DNA of 64,000 nt, from NCBI GenBank assembly GCA_964016885.1, contig OZ024743.1, forward strand, positions 201,438,001 to 201,502,000, in the 5' to 3' direction. A model generated the notes under the pieces. That model was given only the letters and a program-made list of their open reading frames with translations, did not search any database and was not told the DNA's origin. The position numbers were made by a program, and so were the translations under genes. The DNA is from Eledone cirrhosa (lineage: Eukaryota). This document shows, piece after piece, positions 1 through 13,816 of this stretch (the stretch's first letter is position 1; the number at the start of each line of letters is the position of its first letter).

Positions 1-475
1 AGTAAACATGTCAATGAAATTATTGTTTAGGTTGTCAAAAATCAGAAGATTAAAATGAGAGAGAAAGAACTTTAGGTCTTTACAAGCTGGTCAAATTACA
101 CAAAGAAACATTAAGAGAAAATCTACAAGTCATACCAAAATAATCTTACCAATTTTATTTTTCCATCCACTCACCCACCCTTGATATCTCCTTTTCCTCA
201 CCCAACCCCACACACCATGCTGTTCATTCTTTCTCACTCACTCCCTCCCTCTCTGCCTTTATCCCCCCCCCCCACCTTCTCTCTTTATTACGCTAGTCTT
301 TAGTTCTTTCATTCTTACACTTAATGTTTAGCAATTAAACTCTTCAACTGTTGATAGAAAAGGCATGGCAGGAAAAAAAGAAAGAAAAATGCCAGAGTAA
401 ATAAACAAAAGCAATATAAAAATAAAATAACTATGAGTGAAGTGTAAAAAATACAACATATATATATATATATGT

Positions 476-510
<35 letters not shown>

Positions 511-725
511 CTGTGTGATAAAATTATATCTGTATAGATACTGGGTGTGTAACTGAGACTGCAACAATGTATATATAAATATACACATTTTAAATATGCA
601 GACATGTAAACATGTGAGAAAATATGAATTTCTTTGTAAATTGAAATAATGAACACCTTTAGTCAATTTTCAGATCTAATTGGAAGCTCATCAAAGGGCA
701 TGTACATCATCCAATATAATATATA

Positions 726-770
<45 letters not shown>

Positions 771-772
<2 letters not shown>

Positions 773-952
773 TTTCTGAATTTGTTTAGCAAGATTCTTT
801 ATCTGAAATCGTGTGTTGAAACCGATATTGTTATAAATTTATAAGTTTGTAGATTTGTAAATTTATAAATTTATAAATATATAATAAATTGAAGTGAAAG
901 CAACAGGTGCGTGTGTTTCTTATTGGCAACATGACCCTCCCAAAGTATAACA
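771..952. mobile_element. Terminal fragment (tail plus inverted end) of the GIY-YIG Penelope-like family at 41566-42913
   Basis: 771-826 matches 41570-41633; 850-952 matches 42820-42911; (TA)n on both sides. Confidence 0.8.
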
Positions 953-968
953 ATATATATATATATAT

Positions 969-1527
969 ATTATAATAAAATAACAGGAGGCTGGACTTGT
1001 GTAAATCCTTGAAGGGTTTATTATACTATGATCATTTCAATGACCGGGTTCTGTATGAATCTGGTGATATCACGTATTCGAAATATAATAAATGAATATA
1101 ACAGATAAAGTCCATGGGCTGAAAATCATAGACCTGAGGACGACCGACCATCTAGCATCTTCCACTTTAGCCGGTCACCCTCAAGTGGAAGATGCTAGAT
1201 GGTCGGTCGTCCTCGGGTCTATGATTTTCAGCCCCATGGATTTTATCTGTTACATTCATTTATTATATTTTGAATACCTGATGATATCACCGGATTCATA
1301 TGGAACCCGGTCATTGAAATGATCATAGTATAATAAACCTTTCAAGGATTTACACAAGTCCAGCCTCCTGTTATTTTATTATAATAATTAACTCCGTACT
1401 TGCACCCCAACTACACAAACGAAAATGGTTTAGCTGCTTTACGTTGAGCACTCTCTATATTATTACATCAAGATTGACCATACGGAATGACCAACTCTAT
1501 CCAGTGGTGAACCTTCAAACCTAAATA
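969..1527 (+). mobile_element. Non-coding foldback PLE/retrozyme-like element, family HH1: arms 969-1167 and 1183-1385, tail 1386-1527
   Basis: ~200 bp inverted arms with a 15 nt spacer; same family as 54071-55046; HHR motif; flanked by (TA)n. Confidence 0.8.
1274..1331 (+). ncRNA. Minimal type I hammerhead ribozyme
   Basis: AUAC-CUGAUGA-stem II (ACCGG..CCGGU)-GAAA-UGAUCA (palindromic stem III)-UA-GUAU. The mirror copy at 1024-1078 has a deleted core. Confidence 0.7.
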
Positions 1528-1544
1528 AATATATATATATATAT

Positions 1545-1710
1545 TTATTAAAATAACAGATTAAAGTTTAAGCAAAGAATCGCTGCTTTTACCCTTAACG
1601 GGATCTTCTGAAACTAACAAAGTCAATCTGTACGGTTGTTATATATTTGATATATATTTATCCTTATCGAGCCCTCTTTGGATTTTAGTCTTCAAATGTA
1701 TTATTATTAC

Positions 1711-1773
<63 letters not shown>

Positions 1774-2330
1774 ATAATAATAAATTTGAAGACTAAAATC
1801 CAAAGAGGGCTCGATAAGGATAAATATATATCAAATATATAAGAATCGTTTTATTTACTTTATTCTTAACTCTGAAGCCGAGAATCATTCGGTTTCCTAG
1901 TTAGAATTTTAGTCTACGACTTCAGTTATACCATGTACGTGGTTTTAGTCTTTGTATGCAATTGTTCTCCCTGCTCCACATATGACGTATTATCTTCGTT
2001 TTTTCCGTTCATTGTCAGAGAACGTCTCTATGAACCACCTAATAGAATATTAGTCTACGACTTCTTTTATACCAGAAACGTGGTTTTGTCTTTGCGTGTA
2101 ATTGTTTTTCACTGCTCCAAATAATGACGTATTATATTCGTTTTTTCCCGTTCTTTGCCAGGGAACGTTTCCACGAACGAAGGTATCATCTTCCTGTCTT
2201 CCTCCGGTTGCAATGTTTTTTGAAATATTCACTTCTGCGTTCACAGATTGACATTGTTAGTTTCAGAAGATCCCGTTAAGGGTGAAACCAGCGATTCTTT
2301 GCTTAAACTTTAATCTGTTATTTTAATAAA
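1545..2330. mobile_element. Inverted pair of a non-coding (TA)n-inserted repeat family, probably PLE-derived
   Basis: 1545-1630 is inverted to 2244-2330; 1638-1712 is inverted to 1770-1846; internal ~140 bp direct repeat near 1908 and 2050; further copies at 27940-28007 and 62281-62380. Confidence 0.65.
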
Positions 2331-2394
2331 TATATATATACATATGCATATATATATATATAACATATATATACATATATATATATAAATATAT

Positions 2395-2463
<69 letters not shown>

Positions 2464-2756
2464 TGTATATATAGTGTATTTTGCAATACACTTTATGCTT
2501 AATTAAAACCATTTTGAAGACCGTATGCTATTGTTTTAGAGTAGTGACAGACTCACTTACTTTAATCTCAGCTTTGCAAAATACACTATATATACATTCA
2601 TATATATATGGCTATTTCAGGGCTCCAATTCTAATATGTATATATATATGTGTATGTGTGTGTCTAAACCAATGCAATCTCCTCTCATGTACACTGCATC
2701 TAACCCCTCTTATACCTAGTTTCTCTCTCAGTTCACTGATGCTTTGTCTCCCATGA

Positions 2757-3690
2757 ATCATCATCATCATCATCATCATCAACGTTTAACGTCCGTGTTC
2801 CACGCTTGCATGGGTTTGGACGGGGGTATTCCCACTTGAGGCAAGAGTGATTGTCTTGCTCGCATAGGACTGTCTGGCAGGTTTTCTACAGTTGGATGCC
2901 CTTCCTAACACCAACCACATTTACAGTGTGGGACTGGGAGGTTTTTACCGTGTTGCCTACACAGCCACATTACAGCATGGACTGTGTGTTTTTTTGTCGT
3001 GACACCTACACGATCTCATTTGTTTCGGCCTGGATGGTGTGGCACCAACATAACTTTACATAGGAGGGGGTGGTGTGGATGGGGGTGTGGGTGGTGGGAC
3101 GGGGGTGTATTTTGTTAGAGATGCCTACTGGCTGTAGTAGGTTTTACTATGTATTTAGGTAAGGCGGGTCTTCTCTATTACTGAGTACCGCCAAAGATCT
3201 CGGTCCAGTGACATTGTCTTGGAGAGGTATAAGGTCGGAGTTTATCAGCTCGTCCCAGGATTTTCTAGGTCTGCCTATTCCGTGGCTACCGTCTATCTTT
3301 ATTGCCCTGCACTTTGTTATACAGCTATCGACTTTCATGCGCATCACGTGTTCATACCAACGTAGCCTTCTCTCGAGTAAACAACATCTGATCCCTCTTA
3401 TTTCTAATTTTTTCCTTAGTTCGTTTATGCTTTGCCGTTCACGTATATTACTATTACACATCCAGCGGAGCATGCAAGCTTCGTTCCTCTCTAGTCTGCG
3501 TATATCCTCTGCGCACAATGCCCATGTCTCACTGCCATGCAACATTGCTGTTCGTATGCAGGCATCATACAACCTGCCTTTCATTTTTAGGGTGAACCCT
3601 TTAGCGGCTAATAGTAGTATAAGCTCTCTGAACTTTTTACATCCAGTTCTGACTCTAGCTACTGTACTTTCGGAGCACCCTCCCCAATTA
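2757..3690 (-). mobile_element. 5'-truncated RTE LINE, family A: ORF2 C-terminus, 3' UTR, (ATG)n tail
   Basis: ORF 3147-3695 has GRLYDACIRTAMLHGSETW, RRLRWYEHVMRM and GRPRKSW; near-identical to 49655-50600 apart from a small frameshifting deletion. Confidence 0.9.
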
Positions 3691-4974
3691 AACATCCCTT
3701 GGAATATGTGGGCTTTCTTTCTTACTAATCTTCATAGATACTCTGCACATATTGCCCAGTTCTTACTTCCATGCAGCATTGATGTTTGTACTCAAGCTTC
3801 ATACAATCTTGGAGCTCATTTAAGTTCATTCGGCCGACACCATAATGCCCTAGTAATCCCTGCCTGGAGTGATGGTCTGTACCTACTTGAACATTGAAGT
3901 CCCCATAAGAATGAGTTCACTTCTATGTTGAATATCAGAGATGACATTGCGAAGTTGGTCATAGATGTTGTCTTTTCCTGCTCAGATCTGGCCATATTTG
4001 GGGTAAAGCATTTTAGGTTACATGAAAGTGCCATGATAAAGTGCACCTATTTTGCTGTGTCAAGTGGTAATGTTGGTTCCATGAGAAAATGAACACAGTA
4101 AATGCCATAAAGTGGTTGGCTTTAAGATGGGCATCCAGCAATAGAATTCATGCCAAAATGGAATATATGAGCAAGATACAGTCCTTTGACCTGTTTACTC
4201 TCATAACATGACAACCCATTTAAACATGAAAAATTGTTATAAAATGGTGATATGATGAGGATTATCAAAGACAAGCTCAATTATTTAGTAAGAATCTTAG
4301 TAAAACAGTAACCAGTGTGTAAGTGTTTGAAATATTTCAATAGATACTAGTTTTCCCTTTATTGAATCAAGGTCCATAAAACAAACACAAATGTTGTCTA
4401 TGTTGGGGAAAGAGAGATATGTTTGTTATAACAGAGTTTAAGACTTTTCCTTTTGATCTACAGATTTCTCAGAAAAACTGGCAAACAAATTGTCCAAATA
4501 AATATAAGACAAGCTCTGAGATTACAAAGAATCTCTCATGTGTGTTGTGATGGATTGTCATGGCTCAATCTGAGACACTAAGAGATGAGTATTTCTCTCA
4601 AGAAGTTAATGTTGTTTAACCTCATGTCAGCCTAGATCCAGTAGACCTATGATGAAAGGCATTTCACCTGAGACTATTACATTTTCTTAATACACACTGT
4701 ATTAACTCTTTCGGGGTCATATTTCTAATGGAATACACTCTGTTTCAATTAATTAAGGAAGAACTTGGTGTGATTTACTAAAATTATTAATTATCTCATT
4801 ACTAAGCTAGAAGCTTAAACATATGCTTCTTATATATATATCTATGCATGTGTGTGTGTGTATTAAGTGATTAATTTCTTCATTATCAGTAGTTTCATAA
4901 ATTCATTCAGTTGTATTCTGAATAAGTACTCATACATCTCTCTCTATCTCCCTCTCTCTCTCACTCTTACTCTC

Positions 4975-5009
<35 letters not shown>

Positions 5010-5370
5010 GTACACACATATACACTCACAAGAAGAGAATCTAGTCATAGAATTTGGTCACAGTCTTATTCAAACCTTGCCTGCATTGGGAAAACTAATA
5101 TAAAAACGGTGATAAATTTTGTCTCCCATGAAGAACCTTGTTGAAGTCAGGTCATTGCTTGCCTAATATTGCTTCCACTAGCTGGAACAAGGTACGAAGA
5201 GCAAAATTGACAGTGTTTAGAATTGGACACACATCAATCAAGTATTGAGTTTTATTTCACCACACATCTAATTTTACTTCAGTTTTTAGTGTTTAATTAT
5301 TAGATATGCTTTTGTTCACTTGATTATTGATACTCAGGCTGATGGTGCACCAGAATATTAAAGTTTTTCT

Positions 5371-5610
5371 TTAATGCTCTTGTTACTATATTTCTAATGA
5401 AACAAACATGTTTTAATTAATTTTGAAAGAAACTAATCAAATAACTAAGGTTTTCTTTATTAAACTGCTGTTTAAAACATTACTTAACAAAAATTTCTTC
5501 CATAAAATTATGACGAGAAGATTTTAGTATAAGTATGATAATTTTAAAACAGGCAGTTTTATGCCATATAATTGGGGTTGTTTCATGTAGGTTGGTATCA
5601 AAAGAGTTAA
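5371..5610. mobile_element. TTAA-flanked piggyBac-like MITE (degenerate)
   Basis: TTAA at both ends, imperfect TIRs; related to 60321-60560, 58670-58833 and 6136-6258. Confidence 0.45.
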
Positions 5611-5907
5611 TTTTGAAAATAATCAAGAATTTTGAGGGATTTAGTAATATAACAAGTAATATAACTAGCATTATAACTAACTTGATCATGTGTTTAGGAC
5701 AGACAGCACCAGTAGAGTATCAGACAAAATACCTTGCACCATTAGTTAAAACTTTCAACATTCTGGGTTCAAATCTTGTTGAGGTTAAATTTGATTTTCA
5801 TCCTTCCAGGATCAAAAAAATAAAGTACACATTAAGTAATTGGGTTGATATTATCAACTTATTCCTCTTTCCCCAAATTGCTGGCCTTGTGCCAATGTTA
5901 GAAAGAA

Positions 5908-6136
5908 TTAACCATTTAGTAATTACATTACTCTATATTTACTATTATATTTTCACAGTAAACACTTTATCTTACATAGTTATCTCACATAATATCGAAT
6001 CTATGAGATTTTGATATTATTTCTTTTCAGAACAATACCATAACATAAATATGAGCAACCAGTTATGGCCAGTTTGAACAGAGAGAGGTGAGAGAATTCT
6101 GGCCGAATAGGGCCGGTTTAAATACTAAAGAATTAA
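5908..6136. mobile_element. TTAA-flanked MITE, second family
   Basis: ttaaccatttag...ctaaagaattaa; co-linear with 59863-60082. Confidence 0.55.
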
Positions 6137-7285
6137 GTTGGTGTTAGGAACATAACTTTACAATGGTCCTTATGCTTAATAATGAATACTTTAAAATAAA
6201 CAGTTTTATATAATAGAATCAGTGGTGGTATCAGGCAGGTTAGTATCAAATGAGTTAAAAATTGCTGTTATTTTTCTTTTTCTATATAACTGATTATGAT
6301 ATTAAGTTAGACATGGCCTGAGCCAATACTGGCCAAAACCTATCAAAGTTATCAAAGTTACATAGACTTGCTAAAGCTTGGGCAAGAAGTCTTGTGATAT
6401 TTATTCTACCTTTATGTTATGAGTTCAAATCTCACCATATGTGGTAGACTGAATTCATCACTAGTTTAATAACATTTCTTAGACCTTGGGTGACATAAGT
6501 AGAGCCCATTGTGTTGCAAGCATTGAAGCCAGGTCTCTCATATGGTGGTACATTCCTCCTACCCTTACTCCCAATCTTGGAGGCTCAGAAATAAAGGTAA
6601 TTTGGCACATATCTTAGTAGTTAGGAAGTTAGACTCATGATCATTAGGTCACGAGTTTGACTCCCCGATGGGACAACAAATTGTATCTTTAAGCAACATA
6701 TTTTATTTTATTTTGCTTCAGTTGACTTATCTGGAAAGAAATGAGTTACAATGACACTGGTGTCAAGCTATATCAGCTTTTGGCCTTCCCTTTGGACTAC
6801 ATCAATAGTATGGAGAGGAATGATTACTGGTCTTCTACAAAATACCTTGCTAAGGCTTGCTCCTTTGAATGGAACTTTCCAGGTACACACTCATGGTCAG
6901 TCACAACCAAAGTAGAAGTGGTTGCAGTAGAAATCCCTTTCTCCTGATTAAAAGGTAAATGTAAAAGACCCTTAAATCCTGATGGTACTGTCTTGGCACA
7001 CAATGTAATTAGACATTTTACACCTGGCTGAAGCCATCTCTGTACAGACAGAAAACAGCCAATTAGAAGGAGTGAAAGAGAGAGTGGATTAGCAAATTAG
7101 CTCTTTATTCATTGACCTTGAAGGAATGAAAGGCAAAATTGACCTCAGTGGGATTTGAACAAAGAGTGCAGTGAGCTAGGAGAAATACTGAGGCATTTTG
7201 AAACTGACACTCTAAAAACATTGCCAAATCTCAGGCCTTTTCTCCTGATTAAGTGCTAAAAAAATAAAAGTAAGGATGTGTTTGA

Positions 7286-7286
7286 T

Positions 7287-7339
<53 letters not shown>

Positions 7340-7340
7340 A

Positions 7341-7372
<32 letters not shown>
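7286..7372. repeat. (GTA)n/(GTG)n microsatellite
   Basis: Direct inspection. Confidence 0.95.
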
Positions 7373-7687
7373 TCAGTCATTGTTTTGGTTGATGTTGTTA
7401 TTATGATATTAAAGTAAAGAGTGTAAAAGGTTTCAAATGTTGTGAACACTTTAGCAATATAATATATATTATTTCAATGATAGCTCTGAAGTGGGCCTTT
7501 ATCTTCCATCAGGAAAGATTGTTCTTACAAATTCTTGTCCTATTTTAAAGAAATTGATAGGATCTTGATAAAACTTACATGTTTCTAGTAAACCTTTTCA
7601 ATTTTAGGTTATGTTGGCATTTCAAACATATTTACAGAAGGTTCAATAATTTAGAAGTGAATTCTAAGATTACGAGTATGTATTTAT

Positions 7688-7950
7688 ATCATCATCATCA
7701 TCATTTTACGTCCGCTTTTCCCTGCTTGCAAGGGTGGGATGAAAACTTATTCTGGCTTGATTTCTACAGCTGGATGGCCTTCCTAACACCAACCTCATTT
7801 TACAGTGAGTGCTGGGTGCTTTATTTTCTGTGGCACCTACACGTCCACTTTACAGTGTGGGCTGGGTGCTTTTTTGGCATGGCACCTCCACGACCACTTT
7901 GCAGTGGAATGATAGGGACCCCAGTCCTATCATCTCTGCCATGTGCCTCC
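7688..7950 (-). mobile_element. SINE family B (RTE tail) with the tRNA head internally deleted
   Basis: Matches 46218-46600 and 52839-53183 but jumps from tggaggcacatggc straight to agagatgataggac. Confidence 0.8.
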
Positions 7951-7984
7951 ATATATATATATATATATATATGATGTATATATA

Positions 7985-8014
<30 letters not shown>

Positions 8015-8019
<5 letters not shown>

Positions 8020-8313
8020 ATAGACAATATGACCCCACACCCTCCCACTGCAAAGTGGTCGTGGAGGTGTCACGGCAAAAAAGCACCCAGCCCACACTGT
8101 AAAGTGGACGTGTAGGCTCCACAGAAAAAAAACACCCACCACTCACTGTAAATGAGGTTGGTGTTAGGAAGGGCATCCAGCTGTAGAAATCAAGCCAGAA
8201 TCAGTTCCTGTATGAGCAAGGCATGGTCAGCCGACCGGACACTGCCCACAACAGGACAACCCGTCTAATCCATGCTAGCATGGAAGAATGGACGTAAAAC
8301 GGTGATGATGATG

Positions 8314-8315
<2 letters not shown>
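8015..8315 (+). mobile_element. 3' end of RTE family B
   Basis: Co-linear with 51960-52252; (ATG)n tail. Confidence 0.8.
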
Positions 8316-8345
<30 letters not shown>

Positions 8346-8564
8346 ATACATATACATATTTAGAAGTAAATTATAAGATTACAAGATATATTTATATATA
8401 TATACCTCATATATATATATGTATATACATATACATATTTATATATTCAATGTTTACTATTTCCATATGAAACAATTTATATACATAGGCTTCATATATG
8501 TATTATAATGAGTTGAATAACTTTGATTAACTGAGTAAAAAACCTTGTAAAAATGTGTTTTTGT

Positions 8565-9515
8565 TATTATTATTGTTTGTGTTTTTCCTTTGCCTTCAGT
8601 TTTGTTTCTATTTCTTGCCTGGAGTCTTCCTGACACCTAGGGCAGAGAAACTCACTGCAATACGTTTGTAAGCCACAAAATAAACACACCAGATTCTTTA
8701 TGTCATGCACTTTATACAGTTACAAATATATTATTTGCTTTATACTTGTCTACATTATCTGTTTAAAATTCTATTGACAACTGATTGGTGATCAATCATA
8801 TAAGAGTGTGCAATTATTTACAACTTATTTACAAATTATTTATGGAATATAATCTAATAAAGTTAAGTAAAAAAAAAGTTACATAGATCATTATCTTTCT
8901 CACAGTGATAGTACTCTTCTCAATACATGTGCTGTAACGGTTATAACAATCTTTTGTAATTCTTCCAGTGATGAATAAACCAGGGATCATTCTCAAATAA
9001 TTTTCTATCCTTTTTTGATCATTTCTAGTGCTTCTACAATACCTGGTAATGTAACCATCATAAGATGCCACATATTTTCAATTCCAATGAACAAATCTTT
9101 ATATTTTTTGAGCTTGTCAAATTCTTTTGCTGCAATATTGATGCTCATATTAATCAATCAAATAAACAATCTTTGCTATTTTGGTTTTTTACAATAGTAT
9201 CTGGTCCATTATGTTTGTTGTTTCTGTATGTATGTACAGGAAAGTCTAAGAATTGTTATATTTTCTCCCTCAGTTACATCCTCAGGGTTATGTTTATACC
9301 ACTTGATTTCATAATGCTGACATATTAAACAGTGTATCTATTGGCCAACTCTGTCATGCCTTGATTTATTCTCAATTGAGGCTAAAACTTTACATCCAGA
9401 AATTAAGTGGTCCTCTGTTTCAATCACATCATTGCAGAATCGGCACTTTGGATCTACTCCATCTTGGGCAGCTAAGATAAAGACTTCACTCTCTGTCTTT
9501 AACCCTGAGCAACAT
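8565..9515 (-). mobile_element. Degenerate R4/Dong-type (RLE) non-LTR retrotransposon, 3' part
   Basis: Minus-strand translation with stops and frameshifts: LAAQD..CRFCNDVIETEDHLISGC (CCHC), RHDRVG, GPDTIV, KLKKYKDL, LQKIV; ends in (AAT)n near 8565. Confidence 0.8.
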
Positions 9516-9526
9516 ATACACTATGC

Positions 9527-9860
9527 TTATTATTATTATTGTTGTGTTATTTCATTTGAGAGAACTCGTCTGAGAAAGTGTGCTGCTCCTAGTAGCCCAA
9601 TCTTCTGTAGCTTATATTTGCTGATCTTGCAGGGAAGGATGCTAAGGTGCAGGTCTGATGATTTGGGTATTAATCCTAATGCTCCTATTGCCACAGGGAT
9701 AGTGCTTTTGGTGATCTTTCATATAAAGTTAATCTTTATTTCCATGTCTTTGTATTTTGACAGTTTTTCCCTTGTTTTTATAGATGTATTCTTGTCAGCT
9801 GATAAAGAAATATCTATAAGGCTACATGTCTCATCTGCTTTGTTTTTATGATTATTATTA
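9527..9860 (-). mobile_element. Second R4/Dong-type RLE domain fragment
   Basis: CSLIDISLSADKNTSIKTREKLSKYKDMEI..IPVAIGALGLIPK..LQKIGLLGAAHFLRRVLS with one stop; bounded by (AAT)n. Confidence 0.85.
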
Positions 9861-9862
9861 GG

Positions 9863-10277
9863 ATTAGCAGCATCGGTAGAGGGTCGGACACCTTGTTTTG
9901 TAGCATAGAGTTACTGCCTTTTACGGTCTGAGTTCAAAAATCCACCAAGGCTAACTTTGCCTATCATCCTTGCGGGGTCAATAAAATAAAGCACCAGTAA
10001 TAGACTGGGGTCGATTTTATCAACTTTCCCCCTCATCCCGAAATTGTTGGTCTTATGCCTAAAGTAGAAACAATTATTGGCAGTATCGGTAGATGGTCAA
10101 ACGCCATGCTTTGCAGCATAGAGTTACGGCCTTTTACGGTCTGAGTTCAAATCCTGTCGAGGTTAACTTTGCCTTTCATCCTTACTGGGTCGGTAAAATA
10201 AAGTACCAGTAATGTACTGGGTAATTGCTGTCCTTGTGCCAAAAGTAGAAACAATTATTATTATTATTATTATTATT
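9863..10277 (+). mobile_element. Two tandem copies of tRNA-derived SINE family A with (ATT)n tail
   Basis: A-box-like tggcagtatcggt, B-box gagttcaaatcc, conserved core ctttgcctttcatcctt..ggggtcgataaaataaagtaccag, end gtagaaacaattatt; more than 15 copies in the window. Confidence 0.85.
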
Positions 10278-10487
10278 GACGAAAGTGGATGTACGTTTTT
10301 TGAAGCTCCGTGAGTAAGCAATTTTTTGAGGATTAATTGTAGAGAATTGTTTATTTTTTGTACCGCTGAAGCATTATAAGACATTAATTTGTATCCTGTG
10401 AAGGAATAACTCATAATATTTGGGCCTTTTGGCCCAAATATTTGAACTTTATTTTGGAAAAATCATAATTTTTTTCTCAAAAAAAAC

Positions 10488-12397
10488 ATGGCGGAGCCAC
10501 GCCCCCTAGAGGCGGGTCTGCTGTCGTGCAACGGCGACTTGAGCGTTGAGAGGAGAGGTGAGGCGAGGAGCGCCACCAGCACGTGTATGAGCAGCGACAG
10601 TGCCAGCACCAACGGGCCGAGCGGCGCGGAAGGTGGTAACAGTGACAACACCAACACCAACAAGCCGAACAGCGCAGAAGGTGGTAATAGCGAGAGCACC
10701 AACAAAACGAACAGCACAGAGAGTAATAGTAGCGACAGCAACAGCACCAACAAGGCCAACAGCACAGAGGGTAACCACGACACAGGGGAGAACAACAACA
10801 GCAATAGCAGCAGCAACACCAACAAGAACAACAACAGTGACAACACCAACAAGAACACCTTCGCTGCTGTGGCAGCGGCTAAAAGGAGACCATGCTACAG
10901 CATCGACTTAACCAACAGAGAGGAAAAGTTGGCCCAGGCCTGGAAAATCATAAATCAAGAGCAGACCTGGGCAAACTTAACTGTCCCGGCAGAAGCCATT
11001 GAGGCAGTGGAAAAAAGAACGGTGCATTTCAGATGCATCTCAGTAGAGACAAAGAGGGCAGCGATAATCGCCCAAGCTGACATAGAAGCCGCACTGAAAT
11101 ACATCAGAGAGGACACAGACTTCATAGAGAGGGGCAGGCAATACGGTACCGTTTCGGTGCTGTTCAAGTCTGAAGCCCTCGCTGTGAAGCATTCAATGAC
11201 CCCTTGCAAAACCAGCAAGGTCATAATGTACCCCTCCCACATGGGAAAACGAATAGCACGTGTGCGCATTCCCAGGATTCCACCAGGACTTGATATGTGG
11301 TGGCTCCTGGGTTGCGTAATCGTGGAAGGAACGGATACAGTCCCGGTAGAGGCAACGAGAACTGCCAGGGACGACTGGTCCGGGGTTGATCTGGAGATAC
11401 TGCTCCAAATCAGACCCGAAAACGTAAAAGCAATCCCGGACCACATCCGCCTCCAAAACGGGAGGGTGTTGCATATAATGACTGAGGGCAAAAGGCCGCA
11501 TTGTTTCCTTTGTGGGGAAACGACACACTTGCGAGCCTTCTGCCCTCAACTGCCGAAAAGCGCAAGGAGTCGAAAGATTCCACTGCTGGCGACGCCGGGA
11601 CAAGGACCACCAGCAACACCGTCAACAATGGAACCACCAAAATTGCACACCCAGGGGGGAAACGAGGAAAGCTCTCCCATTCCCCCTCCTCCCCAAAATA
11701 CACACACGAACAAGAACATAAACACTCACTCAGACACAAACACGCTCACAGCCACAGACCCCTCATCCTCCAGCAGTGAAGATGAGGGAAAACCAAAATC
11801 CCCCAAAATACAAAAAACAAAACACAAAAAAAAAAGAAATCCACAAAGCACAAACACCCCCACAAAAAAAAATACACACACCACCCACACAAACATTTTC
11901 CCCACAGCATCACCAACACAACCACCAAATCCCCCAAACGCAAACAAGCTAAACAGACACAAGAACAAATAGACACACAAACATCAGAAACTACAGACAC
12001 CCCACCCACAACAAACGCAGACACAATAGAAACAACACTAACAAAGCTATCACCACCACAATCACACGAACAAATAAAACCCGAGCAACAAAACATTAAA
12101 AACTTCGTGCTTGCCAGAAGGGCCAACAAGGAATTGATGGCCCATGTAGCACGAAGCACAAACATCGAAAAAGACGGGGAAACATTTGAAGCGAGCACAT
12201 TTCGCGTACCAGATAATTTGCTTCTGATGCGAATGTCGCTCGCTTCATACAAAGAAATTCGAAAGAGCTTTCCTCGGGATGTGGGAACCCCGAACGTAAA
12301 ACCCACGTCAAGACTATTAAAGGGGTTCCCAAAAGAAACCCCACAAACCATGGAGGTCGAACCACCCGACCTTCACAAGACCCCGGAAGGTAAGTAA
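10488..12397 (+). pseudogene. LINE ORF1 (gag-like, CCHC knuckle), frameshifted around 11820-11960
   Basis: CFLCGETTHLRAFC = CX2CX4HX4C; S/N-rich N-terminus; a second frame is open from before 11882 to the stop at 12397, 29 nt before the ORF2 ATG. Confidence 0.75.
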
Positions 12398-12426
12398 ACC
12401 TTTCCTCTCCCATTCATCCTGCCAGC

Positions 12427-13816
12427 ATGGCCATAAGAGTAGGAAGTTTAAATGTTCGTGGCTTGGGGTCGCCCTGGAAGCAAGGTCACTTGCTCAACGA
12501 CCTCAGGTCACTAGGAATGGATGTAATTGCCATCAGCGAGACCAGAATTTCCGACACACGCGCACTGGCGCCGATTTTCGACGATTATCAGATCTTTGCA
12601 TCTGTTAGTCGGCCGGGAATGGGAGGTGGAGTGGCTGTGCTGTTTAGGAAATGTCTGGATCTCGAGGTAAGGTCAATCTTCCGGGATCCTGACGGAAAGT
12701 TGGTGGTCCTGGACGTGAGCAATAGCGAAGGTGGTGCCTTTAGACTGGTGGCCGTCTACGCCCCTACTGGGGCCGGTCGGCCGGACTTCTTTAGGCGCCT
12801 GGAAAACTTTCTGCTTACGTCTCGCCCTTTACTGTTAATAGGGGATTGGAATGGCATCTTAGAAGCACGCTGGGATTGTGTGGGAGTATCTGATAGGAGC
12901 GGGGGGTGCAAAAGCCTCAAGTACCTGATCAGCCAGTTTCAACTGTCTGACAGGTACCGACTAGATTTCCCTAATGCGCCAGTATGGACCTGGACCAATC
13001 GCATAGGGTCATCTAGATCGTACATAGATAGGATTTTCATTAGGAAAAGAGATAGAAATAGTGTAGGATGTCCACATTTTAAAACGGTTGCCTATTCAGA
13101 TCACAAGCTTGTGATCTGTATGGTCGACCTAGATAAGACACGTAGGTTAGGACCCAGCTACTGGAAGCTAAACATGTCGTTTCCGGCACGTAAAGCTTAC
13201 AGGGACCGGGTCAACAACTTAGTTAAGCAAAAGTTGACAGGGGGGGTTGTCAACAACAGGTGGTGGGGGGCACTCAAAAGAGAGATTAGAGCAACCTCGA
13301 TAGGATTTAGCAAAGAAGTAGCAATAGAGAAAAATAGAAAGGAGGAGGGGCTGATAGCTAAGTTAGACGAGGCTATTTGTAGTGGCATTGCAACAGACGT
13401 GCTAGCGGCGAGAATGGCACTAGACCATTTCTTCAATGCGAAACACGAAGGTTGCATTGTCAGAGCTAAGGCGCGTGCTCTGAGGAACGAGGGAACCAAA
13501 GCTGCCCGATGGGCTCGCTTTGCAGAGACGCAGCGTGGAAATAAAACCACAATTCGGTCTTTGACGGATCGAGATGGACACGAACTGAGCGATTCCAAGC
13601 AGATGTGTGAGGCCTTTCGCCAGCACTTTGCTCGATTGTTCGGGAGGATGGGTGAGTCGGAGACGGCGGCGGACTTCAGTCCCTACCTCGACGGCTTGCC
13701 ACGCCTCTCGACGGCCGACGCTGAGCGCTGCGAAGAGCCGATAACATCAGTCGAAATTCAGGACGCCCTTGTCGGCTGCTCGAGTCGCAAGTCACCCGGT
13801 TTGGATGGTCTGCCGT
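12427..13816 (+). pseudogene. LINE ORF2 N-terminal part: APE endonuclease and linker
   Basis: SLNVRGL, ISET, VYAP, GDWN, YIDRIF, YSDHK and KSPGLDGLP motifs. Confidence 0.9.

Noticed and set aside
3208-3897. Antisense ORFs over RTE and Tx1 coding regions (also 50799-51335, 56988-57536, 10955-11491)
   Set aside because: Shadow frames of the retroelement ORFs.
8616-8665. Hammerhead-like ctggag..gaaactc
   Set aside because: Core and cleavage triplet are not intact; better explained as the antisense 3' UTR of the R4/Dong element.
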